64,000 nucleotides of DNA from a virus: the IMG/VR virus record IMGVR_UViG_3300017917_001336, positions 1-64,000 of that record. The stretch is one strand, 5' to 3'. The notes below the pieces were generated by a model. The model saw nothing but the letters and a program-made list of their open reading frames with translations, was not told the DNA's origin and searched no databases. Made by a program: the position numbers and the translations under genes. Shown here one piece after another: positions 9,246 to 20,800 of the stretch (within the stretch, counting starts at the first letter, position 1; every line of letters starts with the position of its first letter).

Positions 9246-12200
9246 ATGGCTGTTGGTCGTATTACCGGTCCGCTCTTGAAAGCGAATTTGCTCCGCCACG
9301 GGGTAAATCTGGCTTTTGAGACCGACTTACTTTATCTAGATGTTATTAACGGCAAAGTCGGCATTAAGACTATACCGGATCCTCAATACGATTTAGATGT
9401 CAATGGATTAGTAAAATCTACAACATTAGATGTTACTACCCAAGCAGACATTGCAACTTTTACAATAAACACCAATACAATTTCAAGCTCCGACAGCACT
9501 ATTAATTTAGAGCCAAGCGGAGTTAATCCAGTAGTTTATCAAGGTAAACTTGTTACTGGCGATTTGCAAATTTCCACAAATACAATTGAAGTTACAGCAA
9601 CCAATAGTGACCTAAATATTGATACTTTAGGAACTGGTAAAGTAAATGTTAATTCTAACATGTATGTTAACGGTGACTTACATGTTACTGGCAACTTACA
9701 AGTTGACGGAGATGCTAGTGGCACAATTACTATTGGCGATGCTAACACAGACAACGTAGAATTTAAAGCAGATGTTAATAGTAACTTAGTACCAGAAGTT
9801 TGGAAATTAGGTGACGCCGGTATTGGGTTAAACTTGCCAGGAGATCCTAAGTGGGATTTAGGAAGTACAACTCAACGATGGTTAAATGCTTATGCTAAAG
9901 ATGTAACTGTTGATAGTGTAACATCTTCTAGTTTAGTAGTCAACGGCATTGATTTAGTACTTCCACAAGGAAATACAATTTATGTAGCAACAAACGGAAA
10001 CGATACTAATGCTGGTAATCACGAACACGCACCGTTTGCTACTGTTAAATATGCCTTGGGTGTAGCTACTTCTGGCACAACTGTATTCATTTATCCAGGT
10101 ACATATACAGAAATATTTCCTCTAACTGTTCCTGCAGGCGTATCAGTTAGAGGGTCTGGAATAAGATCTGTTAAGATTGTTCCAACTACTGAGACAAGAT
10201 ATAACGATGCGTTCTTGCTTACTGGGCAAACAACTATTGAAGATTTAACCGTAGCTGATTTTTTCAGCGGCGGAAATTACTTTACAGTTACAGCCGCAAG
10301 TGCCGGATCAACAACAGTTAATGTTGGCACAGCACCATTTGCCCACACTTATGTAAGTGGCGGAACAGTAACAATTGGTGCAACAGTTTATAACATTACT
10401 AATGCAGTTTACACATATACAACTGGTGTGTTAGTTTTAACTCATACTGGCGGAACAGCAACACCTGGAGATAGTGTATTTGTTTCTGACTTAACATTTA
10501 GTTGTGCAGGCCCAGTAGGTTCAAGCACTAGAATATTTCCAGATAACGGATATGCATTCCGTTTTGCAGAAGGATTCACCGTTTCATCACGCAGTCCATA
10601 TGTAAGAAATTGTACAGTTCTTACAAAAGGTAGTGTAACAAGTCCATCAGATCCGTTAGGTTTTGATGCACATGATGCTGGCCGCGGAGCATACCTTGAT
10701 GGAGCATACGCAAGTATCACTTCAAACGAAGCAGGCATGTTATTCCATTCTGCAACATTTATTACACCTGGAGTTGATACTATTACAACTAAAAACGGAG
10801 TTCGTGTTGAGTGGTTAAATTCATTTACATATTATGCTAATAAAGGTTTTAATTTAATTTCTAGTAATTATGGTTTATCACAACAAGGTAAGACTCGTTT
10901 AAGAATTGACAACCGTGCAGGGACTTGGACCACAGGCAATACAGTAACGTACTATGACACAGACGGCACAACTGTTTTAGCATCTGGTGTTATTTCTAAT
11001 GTTGATGGAAATTATATTAACTTAACAGGAAAGTGTGTAGGGTTTGAAACTATTACTGATCGTGTTGGCAAAACTGTTTATGCTCAAGGTAATGCAAAAC
11101 TAGCAACAGCACAGAAAAAGTTTGGTACTGCAAGTCTTGTACTAGACGGAACAGGCGATTATGCTTCAATTACAAGCCAACCGGATTTTGAATTCGGTAC
11201 TGGAGATTTTTGTTTAGAAGCTTACATTTATCCAACAACTAGCGGAGCATATAGAACAATATTTGATATGCGTACGGCTGCTACAGACGTTGCTATATTT
11301 TTAGGACTTACTAGCGGTAATGCTTTATATTGTTTTATAAACGGTTCTATTGTAATGACTGGCGGCACAGGTGCAACATTAAATGCTTGGTCACATGTTG
11401 CAATAGCAAGATCAGGAACTAGTTTAAAAATGTTTTTAAACGGAGTTCAACAAGGATCGACTTATACAGATACAAACAACTATTCTGCTAAACCTTTAAG
11501 AATTGGAGCAGACTGGCAAGCACTATACGGTTTAACTGGATACGTTGATGATGTTCGTGTGAGCAAAGGTGTTCCTCGATATACAGGAACATTTACAGCA
11601 CCGGCTAGCGCACTAAGCGGAGATTTATCAACTGTATTATTATTGCATTTTAACGGTGCTAATAATTCAACTACTTTCTTAGACGACGGTGTTACACTAC
11701 AAGATTTAAGAACAAGTGCAGGCGGTACTGCAACACTAATTAATTTTGCCGACTACTCGGACTTTGGTGCAGAAGTTCGCTCAATTGGTTCAGCATGTGT
11801 TTACGGAAATTATGGATTCTATGGCGATGGAGATGGAATCATCGCATATCTAATTTCACAAAACTTTGCGTATGTTGGTGCAGGCAAATTATCAACAAAC
11901 GATCCTAATGACAGAATTGCAGCTAATGAAGTTGTAAAATTAAATCGTGCAAAAATTTATTATACAAGCGTTGATAATGAAGGTAACTTTAGTGTTGGCG
12001 ATGCGTTTTTTGTAAATCAAAAAACTGGCGATGTGTTATTCAACGGCCAATCACTATCAATTACTGCACCAAGCGGTGTTACATTTACAGACGGTGTTAA
12101 CACTACAACAATATTGCCAACAAACATTGATACAGGAAACATTCGTATTAGTGGTAACACTATTGAAAGTTTAACTGGTGATGTTAACGTAGTTGCTGCA

Positions 12201-14060
12201 AGCGGAGCAATTAATTTACAAAATAACACATATATCACTGGCGACTTAGATGTTACAGGCGATATTAATTTAGGCGGCAACATTACAATTGGTAATGAAA
12301 GTACCGATACTATCACATTTGTTGCGGGAATTACTAGCAATTTAGTTCCATCAAATCCAGCATCATATGACCTTGGTACAGATGCACTACGTTGGAACAA
12401 TGCATTTTTAAGCCGCGTAGAAATTGACGGGCTTGTAATTGATAACAATTCTATTAGCACAACTGTAGGAAATGATGACCTAACACTAACTGCTAACGGT
12501 ACTGGAAAAATTCTAATACCAAATAATAATGTTCAAATTGATCAAGCTCTTACAGTTAACGGAAGTACTACGCTTAAAGGAACTACAGTCAACGGTGATA
12601 TAACCCAAACTGGAGATGTTACACAGACTGGCGATTATACACAAACAGGTAATACTGAAATTACAGGAACATTAACAGTTGGATCTTATGCTCAGTTTGA
12701 AGAAATTAAAATTGATTTAAACACTATTAGCACAACTACTTCTGGAACAGATTTAGTATTAGAAGCAGCAGGTACTGGTAAGATTTCAATTCCATCAGAC
12801 GATGTATATCTAGGACAAGATTTAACTGTAAACGGTGCAACTACTATAGATAATGCCACTGTTACAAATAATTTAACAGTTGGCTCGTTAACTACTGGTG
12901 ATATTTCTATTGAAAATAATTCTATTACTACTACAGTAACTAATAGTAATTTAGAATTATCAGCTAACGGTACAGGCATTGTTTCAATACCAACAAATAA
13001 TGTTGAAATTGATCAAAGTTTAACAGTAACTCAAGATTTAACAGTAACTACTGGTACAACTTATCTTAAAGATGCAAGCATCACCGGAGACATTACACAA
13101 ACTGGTGATATTAATCAAACCGGTGATTTTACAACAAGCGGAACTGTTGAGGTCACTGGTAATATAACTGCAACTAATTCTTTACAAGTAGCCGACATAT
13201 TAATATCCGGCCACACTATTGAAAGCACAGCAACTAATACAGATTTAGCATTGTTACCAAATGGTACTGGTGATATTGTTTTTGAAAATATTCGTGTTAC
13301 TGATAATACATTTAGAAGTACGTTAACTAACCAAGATATTATTCTTGAACCAAACGGTGTTGGTAGTGTCTTAATTCAAAGCGATCAAAGTTTAATTATT
13401 CCTGTAGGAACAACAGCAGAGCGTCCAGGCACACCAGTTAACGGAATGATTCGTTACAACACAGATTTATCTCGCTATGAAGGTTACTACGCAACTTATA
13501 ACAAATGGTTACAACTAAGCGGCGTTATTGATGAAGACGGCAATACTTATATTACAGCAGAATTAACTCCGGGGGCAAATGATAATGTTATTCGATTTGT
13601 TGTTAACAATAATTTGTTAGCATACATCGATTCAACAAAATTATGGGCAGACAGATTTGAAACTAATAATATTGCAGTTTATGACGATCAGATCACAACT
13701 GTAGCAAGTAATACAGATATTAATCTAACTACAGCCGGCACTGGTGGTGTTAAGATTGGTAATTTACGTATTAGAAACAACACTATTACTAATACAGCAA
13801 CAAATGCCGTAACTGAATTTAGTGAAGTAGGATCTGGATACGTTAAAATTTCAGGAACTAACGGAGTAGTAATACCATCTGGCGACTTATCAAACTTACC
13901 AGTATCTCCAGAGTTAGGTATGATTAGATTTAATACATTCTATTCTTATGTAGAAGTATGGAACGGAACACAATGGGTTAACTCCGCAGGTACAAACAGC
14001 GGTGTTACATTAAATCAAGCAACAGATATTGGTATTGTATCAGCATTACTATTTGGATAA
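9246..14060 (+). CDS. Large fibre/appendage protein with beta-helix and inserted LamG/concanavalin-A-like domain
   Basis: 1604 aa; paralog of 5341; LamG-type motifs KFGTASLVLDGTGDY...WSHVAIARSG...GYVDDVRVSKGVPRY (about 11085-11690); SD GAGGAG. Confidence 0.78.
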   Translation: MAVGRITGPLLKANLLRHGVNLAFETDLLYLDVINGKVGIKTIPDPQYDLDVNGLVKSTTLDVTTQADIATFTINTNTISSSDSTINLEPSGVNPVVYQGKLVTGDLQISTNTIEVTATNSDLNIDTLGTGKVNVNSNMYVNGDLHVTGNLQVDGDASGTITIGDANTDNVEFKADVNSNLVPEVWKLGDAGIGLNLPGDPKWDLGSTTQRWLNAYAKDVTVDSVTSSSLVVNGIDLVLPQGNTIYVATNGNDTNAGNHEHAPFATVKYALGVATSGTTVFIYPGTYTEIFPLTVPAGVSVRGSGIRSVKIVPTTETRYNDAFLLTGQTTIEDLTVADFFSGGNYFTVTAASAGSTTVNVGTAPFAHTYVSGGTVTIGATVYNITNAVYTYTTGVLVLTHTGGTATPGDSVFVSDLTFSCAGPVGSSTRIFPDNGYAFRFAEGFTVSSRSPYVRNCTVLTKGSVTSPSDPLGFDAHDAGRGAYLDGAYASITSNEAGMLFHSATFITPGVDTITTKNGVRVEWLNSFTYYANKGFNLISSNYGLSQQGKTRLRIDNRAGTWTTGNTVTYYDTDGTTVLASGVISNVDGNYINLTGKCVGFETITDRVGKTVYAQGNAKLATAQKKFGTASLVLDGTGDYASITSQPDFEFGTGDFCLEAYIYPTTSGAYRTIFDMRTAATDVAIFLGLTSGNALYCFINGSIVMTGGTGATLNAWSHVAIARSGTSLKMFLNGVQQGSTYTDTNNYSAKPLRIGADWQALYGLTGYVDDVRVSKGVPRYTGTFTAPASALSGDLSTVLLLHFNGANNSTTFLDDGVTLQDLRTSAGGTATLINFADYSDFGAEVRSIGSACVYGNYGFYGDGDGIIAYLISQNFAYVGAGKLSTNDPNDRIAANEVVKLNRAKIYYTSVDNEGNFSVGDAFFVNQKTGDVLFNGQSLSITAPSGVTFTDGVNTTTILPTNIDTGNIRISGNTIESLTGDVNVVAASGAINLQNNTYITGDLDVTGDINLGGNITIGNESTDTITFVAGITSNLVPSNPASYDLGTDALRWNNAFLSRVEIDGLVIDNNSISTTVGNDDLTLTANGTGKILIPNNNVQIDQALTVNGSTTLKGTTVNGDITQTGDVTQTGDYTQTGNTEITGTLTVGSYAQFEEIKIDLNTISTTTSGTDLVLEAAGTGKISIPSDDVYLGQDLTVNGATTIDNATVTNNLTVGSLTTGDISIENNSITTTVTNSNLELSANGTGIVSIPTNNVEIDQSLTVTQDLTVTTGTTYLKDASITGDITQTGDINQTGDFTTSGTVEVTGNITATNSLQVADILISGHTIESTATNTDLALLPNGTGDIVFENIRVTDNTFRSTLTNQDIILEPNGVGSVLIQSDQSLIIPVGTTAERPGTPVNGMIRYNTDLSRYEGYYATYNKWLQLSGVIDEDGNTYITAELTPGANDNVIRFVVNNNLLAYIDSTKLWADRFETNNIAVYDDQITTVASNTDINLTTAGTGGVKIGNLRIRNNTITNTATNAVTEFSEVGSGYVKISGTNGVVIPSGDLSNLPVSPELGMIRFNTFYSYVEVWNGTQWVNSAGTNSGVTLNQATDIGIVSALLFG

Positions 14061-14065
14061 TAATT

Positions 14066-14407
14066 ATGGCAACATTTTTTAGAAATAAACTAGAATCAGA
14101 AATTGGAACAAGCGAAACTGAAGTTATTAGTGTAGACACAAACTCTCGAGTAACTGTTATTGGTATGAGCTTAACAAATTTAACAGGCGGTATTGTGTTA
14201 GCAACAATTAGAATTGAAAACACAGTAGCTAGTGCACCAAACGACAGCGCATATTACGTTAAAGATGTAGTAGTACCCCCTAATCAAAGTTTAAGAGTAA
14301 TTAATGGCGGCGAAAAATTAGTTTTAGCTGGCGATATGAAAGTATACGTACAATCAAACACAGCAAGTAGTTTAGATTTCATTGCAAGTTACGTAGAAAT
14401 TATCTAA
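14066..14407 (+). CDS. Small structural/adaptor protein
   Basis: 113 aa; paralog of 4435 and 34254. Confidence 0.65.
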   Translation: MATFFRNKLESEIGTSETEVISVDTNSRVTVIGMSLTNLTGGIVLATIRIENTVASAPNDSAYYVKDVVVPPNQSLRVINGGEKLVLAGDMKVYVQSNTASSLDFIASYVEII

Positions 14408-14417
14408 GGATTAAATT

Positions 14418-14804
14418 ATGACATACTATATTGGAAATGAAGTTAATTTAAACGACATATTAGGTGAAGGAAATCCTAGATTTTTCTATGCACTTCGTCG
14501 CCAAGATGAAGGTAATGCTGACGGAACATTATACTTTACAAAAATTGATCAACTTTCGAGTACTGACACTATTACCTTAAATGTTCCAGGTTCTACAGAT
14601 AATAACTTTGAAACTTTTGAATATGGTATTGATTTCTTTGATGGGCGATTGGCTCAAGATCATAGTAGACCATATCCTAACTTAGCATTTGACCAATATC
14701 GATGGGATGGTAAGAATTGTTATTACTATATAAATGCTAATGGTGAGTTAGTTGTAAGAATTAATCAAGTATATGCTTATTCACAAGATCAAATTGTTAG
14801 TTAA
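14418..14804 (+). CDS. Small structural/adaptor protein
   Basis: 128 aa; FFYALRR...YYYINANGELVVR resembles the C-terminal domain of 52905 (FHGFSV...YSLDNDGNLIV). Confidence 0.6.
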   Translation: MTYYIGNEVNLNDILGEGNPRFFYALRRQDEGNADGTLYFTKIDQLSSTDTITLNVPGSTDNNFETFEYGIDFFDGRLAQDHSRPYPNLAFDQYRWDGKNCYYYINANGELVVRINQVYAYSQDQIVS

Positions 14805-14824
14805 TAAAGACAAGGAAAATACAA

Positions 14825-17800
14825 ATGGCAGCAGAATTTAAAATTGGTAGATTACGATATAACTGGGCAGGCACATGGACAACTGCCACAGAATACGGTC
14901 GAGACGACGTAATCCTTAATGACGGAAAAGCATATTTTTGTTTAATTCCACATACTGCAAGCGCAAACTTTTACACAGATTTGTATGCTACATTTCCTAA
15001 ATGGAAGCAAATGCTTGACGGAAAAACATGGGCAGGCCCATGGGAAACCTCTCATTCATATGGTGTAGGACACATTGTTGTATTTGGCGGAAACGCATAC
15101 ACTTCAATCGTTGCCCATACTAGTACAACCTTTGCCGCAGATGCTGCTAATTGGGAAGTCTATACAGAATCAAATAAATGGAATCCAGTTTGGCAAGCCA
15201 ATACAGCGTACGGATTAAATGATATTGTTCGCTGGGGCGGAATTGTTTATAAGTGTATTGCAAATCACACAAGCGCAGCATCAACTACGTTAGGTCTCGA
15301 AGCTAATCAAGCTAGTTGGGAAGTCTATTATTCTGGAATTGATTTTAAAGGTGATTGGACATCCAGCCAACGATACAAATTAAACGATATAGTTAAATTA
15401 AACGGAAGTCTTTACAGATGTACACAGTATCACACTTCTTCAAGCACATTTGCTGACAATAATTTTGTTGTTTGGGTCCCAGGGCAGTTGGCCAACATAA
15501 TGTGGTCGTCAGCAACAACTTACCAAATAGGTGATGCAGTTATATATGGTGGCGATGCTTATATCAGCAAGACTTCCAATAATTCAAATAATTTTCCAGA
15601 TACTGACATTATAAACTGGGGTCCTTTTAATATTGGTTATACTGTTAGAAATAACTGGTCATCAACTACTCCGTATGCACCAGGTGATTTAGTTTCTAGA
15701 AATGGAGTTCTGTACGAAGCAGTAGCAAGAAGTACAGGACAAGATCCAAATACTAGTACAACAAATACTACATATATTTCAGCCGGAAGTTCCGGTAATA
15801 CAATTACAGTATTGTCGGGAGCTGGCATAGTTTCTGGTATGACTGTTTCTGGAACAGGGATATCCAACGGACAACGTGTTTCAACAGTAACAACTACATC
15901 AGCATCAGTTACTACAGCAACAATCAGCGGGCCTCCTGCAATAACTGTAAGTTCCTTTACATCTAAAACAGGTTCAGGACCGTATCTTGTTACTTTTGCT
16001 ATCCCATCACAATCTATTGCTCCGCCTATTAACACTAACTATGTAGTAGCAGGTAATAGTAACAATAGTTATAATGGAACTTATACCTGTACTGCTAGTA
16101 CCACAACAAGTATTACACTAAGTTATGTAACAGATCCAGGTGTATACGGATCTGGAACTACAACTCTTACAGCGCAAGCTGGTACAACTCTTACACTTAC
16201 TGGTACTGTAACTGGTACATTTGCCCCCGGCATGTTGCTTAATGGTTCTGGAATCCCTAACGGTGTATATATCGTATCTGGTGCTGGAACTTCTTGGGAA
16301 ATTAGTTCACCGTTATCTGTTACTTCTATTGTTATTAGCGGAACATTAACATCAATTGTGCTAACTAGTCCGCCAAATAGTACAGTTCCAGACAACACAA
16401 CTTTTAATTTCTTAGGTATAAATTCAGCATATTGGTCTGTTTTAATTTCTGGCAAGAAATGGTGTAACAGATGGGTACAAGGAACCTTATATTCTGTAGG
16501 CGATGTAGTTGCTTACAGTAACGGTGTATATGTTTGTGTTAATCAACATCAAGACCCTAGTACTCCATCTGCAACATTCCAGCCCGGAAACAGCACTTCC
16601 GGCAATTGGATATTATTAATTTCATCAGATTTAAACAATGCACTAAACAGCCAAGGTGACTTAAGAACATTTGCAAATAATAAACCAAGTGCAGTAGCAA
16701 TAGGAACCGACACATATCTTTTAAGTGTAAATAGCGATATTCCAAACTGGAGAAAAATAAACGTAGTTCCAGCAGTTTATTATGTTGATGCATACTCGGG
16801 TATCGATACCCCAGGATATGGAATTACATGGGACCAACCATGGCGCTCAATCAAATATGCATGTGATACTATTAGTACTGGTTTTTATTTTCCTAATGCA
16901 GTAACTTTACTAAAAGCAAATAAAGCATACGTTATTGCAGAAATGTATCAATGGATGTTGTACCAAATGGCCAATAACATTGCTCCATTTAGTTCTGATA
17001 GTTTATGGAATCCAACTAAAGCACAGCGCGATGCATCATTAATTTTTGATGCGATCGTCTACGATTTAAAGAGAGGCGGTAATAGTCAGTCGGTAAATGC
17101 TGCGCTATCATTCTTTTATTACGGAAGTCAAACTCAACTAGTCAATAGCATTGTAAAATCAACTTTGCCTTACTATGTTCCTGCCTTAAATTATCTAGTT
17201 ACTTTAATGCAGAGTGTAGTTGCAAATACTAACTTAGTAAATTATCAGTTATTAAATAATGTTCCATTAGTAAGCCGTGTTAATCAAGTTGTTATTAACA
17301 GTTTAGTTGCAGAATCTGGTATCAACACAAACATTTCAAGTTTAATGTCCATTATTACAACTGCATTAACAAATGAAAACACATACCTTGTCCCAACTGC
17401 TAATACTGGAATTCAAGCATCTATCTACGTAAAAACAGGAACTTATAACGAATTATTACCAATTAGCGTTCCAGAGAATGTATCAATCATTGGAGACGAA
17501 TTGCGTAGTGCAGTTGTGCAACCATCAATAAGCAAAACTTTTTATTGCACACAAACTATTGCACCTAATAGTAATCAAATTACTACTAATACTATGGTAG
17601 TTAACAGTACTGTTGGTTTAGTTGATCAAATGCGTTTGCAATTTATTAGTCCGTTTATCAATAATGCCCCTACAACTTTTGGCGGTGTCACATCTGGAAA
17701 AACATACTATGTTGATGGAAGTTCTATAACTAGCACTAGTTTAAGAATTAAAGATGGTCCAACATTTGATTTTACTGGAACCACTACCCTTGGCAGTAAT

Positions 17801-20800
17801 ATCTTAACAAACGTTTCAAACATAACTAATTTGTCCGTGGGCATGAAAATTACAGGAAACGGAATTCCTGCAGATACCTACGTTTACTCTTTTAGTCAAG
17901 CAGTTAACAGTATTTCTTCAGTTACTATGTGTAGCGGCTATCCGCTTGCAACTAATTATGTGTTTGTAGAGTCAAATGCTACTGTCACAGGAATTTTACA
18001 AACATTTACAGCTAGCGGAAATTATGTAGAATTTACTAACGGTTCGGGCAACATGACTGTATATGCCGGCGATTGCTTGAAAGATATGTTCTACGTTAGA
18101 AACGGCGTTACTATAAGAAATCTATCATTATTTGGATTAAAAGGAACGCTAACCGCCGCCAATCAATACTTAACTTGCCGCCCAACAGGTGGTGCATATA
18201 CTAGTTTAGATCCAGGTACCGGTCCTAACGATACTAGTGTATGGATTATTAAACGAAGCCCTTATGTACAAAACGTTACAACGTTTGGTGACGGTTGCGT
18301 TGGTATGAAAGTTGACGGATATCTGCACAATGGAGGCAGCAAATCAATGGTTACTAACGACTATACTCAAGTTGTTAGTGACGGTATTGGTGTTTGGATT
18401 AAAGGTCCGGGCTCTATTGCAGAATGTATTTCTGTATTCTGTTACTATGGATATGCTGGATACTTTGCCGAAGACGGTGGGCGTATTCGCGCAGCTAACG
18501 GAAACAGTTCTTATGGAACTTTTGGTGTAGTAAGTGAGGGATATGACAATACAGAAGTTCCACTAACAGGAACAATTAATAACCAATCACAACAAGTTCA
18601 AGCAAGTGTCACTAGTGCGTTTGGTACTGTTGACCAATTGTTAAAATTAAATTATAGTAATGCTGGTTCTCAATATTACTACCCCGTAACAAATATGTTA
18701 AAAAGAAGTAATGACTTTTTAACAACTTGGACTAATGACGGATTTATTTCTTTCATTAAAAATAATACTGCCCCAACAGGATACACCGAAGCATGGTTAT
18801 TAACAGGATCATCAAATACTCCTGGGTCAGGTTGGATTCAGCAAAGTATTAATATAAATCCATCCGGGGCTACTTACACTAACGTAGGTGGAACCACACA
18901 AGATGGCGCTCCTGGTAACAGCGCAACATTTGACATTACAGTAACATCTACAACTTATGTTGTTACAGTTAATACTCCAGGTACTTTATACCAAACCGGT
19001 AATAATATTGTAATTAAAGGTTCAGTATTAGGTGGCCTTGATACTGTAAACGATTTAACTATTGTTGTAGGAAACTTAGCCGGAACAGGTATTTCAACTA
19101 TTGCATCAACATCGGGTACTATTCCAGCTGGTAGTAATCAAAACTACACTTTAAGTATGTATGTGTATGATACAGGAACGTCAGCTACACTCGATATCCA
19201 GGCAGTATTTTCTGGAACAACTACAGTAACTAGCGGTATAAGTTATAATATTGCAAGTAAAACAGTTACTCCGTACAGCGGAACAAGTTTAACAAATAGT
19301 GCTAACGGCGGAACACTACCAGTTAACTTCAAAGCTCAAAAAACTTTAGTTGCAGGATGGTACAGAGTTTGGTTCTCAGTTAACGACAGTACCGGAGTTA
19401 ACAACACATTAACTTTTAAATTCTTCCCGCAAGGAGCAAATGCGCCTGTATCAAACACATATTCAATTGTTTATGGTGCTCAAGTTGAAATATCAGATAC
19501 AGACTATACCCCTAAATTCTATTTAGAAACAACAACTAATCAATTTACAGCTTATGCAAACTATCAAGTTGTTGGTGCAGGTGCCGGAGCATCATTATCT
19601 GGAGATGAGATAAGAAGCCAATCTGTGTTTAATGCTCGTGTTACTACTGATAGTAATGGATTTACTGGCGGTGCAGGTTATGGAAATAGTGCTAACACAG
19701 CAGCTGACGGTAACACATATTCTATTAGACTTGCTGCTACTGACCAAGGAATTTATAATTACTTAGGTATGCGTGCCTTTATTAGTGCAGGTACAGGTGC
19801 AGGACAATATGGATTTGTAACATATTATAATAACAGCTCTGGAGTTGACGCTAACGGTATAACATCAAAGACTGCACTAATAGCAAAAGAAACTATTGAC
19901 CCAGTGAACGTAGTTTCAACAACTTATAATGCAACTCCAGCTAATAATCTTATAACTCTATCTTCTGGTTCGGACACTAGCCAATGGTATGTAAATCAAG
20001 CAGTTCAATTTGTTCCAACATATTATACAACAACAGTTACATCAACATCAACTGATACGGTTGTAGCAACTAGTTCTATTGGAGGTACAACAAATACTAT
20101 CAGTATACCAACTGCTAGCCTTGCTTTAAATATGCCTGTAACATTTGGCACAGGGGATTTAAATCTTAGCCCAGGCTTCCAATACTATATTACACAAATT
20201 GACTATGATAACGATACTATTCAGATAGCAACTAGTATTTCAGGTACCGCAATTCAACTTACAACAGTTGCATCAACATCTCAAACAATGACATTTCCTA
20301 GATATTCAGGATATATTAAAGCACCAACTACTAACATGGTGCCAAATATTAACATTCAATTCACCGGTGTAAGCCTTGGCGGAGTAGCATTGGGTACAAC
20401 ATACTACATTAACGATATTGTAGATGCAAATAATTTTACAATATCTACTAATAGAGTATCATTGACTTCTACATCTTCTGTTGGAGGTTCTACAAATACT
20501 GTTGCAGCTAACACCGTATCATTAGTTCCTTGTAATCCTGTAGTATTTTCTGGAACAATATTTGATGCTGCAATTAGCCCAGGTGTAACATATTATATTA
20601 GTAATATTGTAGATGCCGGAAATTTTAATATTACAACTGAAATTATTAGAGTAGACGTTACTTCAACTACTTTTGGTACAAACTTAGTAGAAGTATCAGA
20701 TACAACAGGTTTTGTAATTGGTCAGCCTATTATCTTTAGCGGTATTGCCTCAGGCACTACATTTGGTAATATTCAACCTGAAACAACTTATTATATTTTA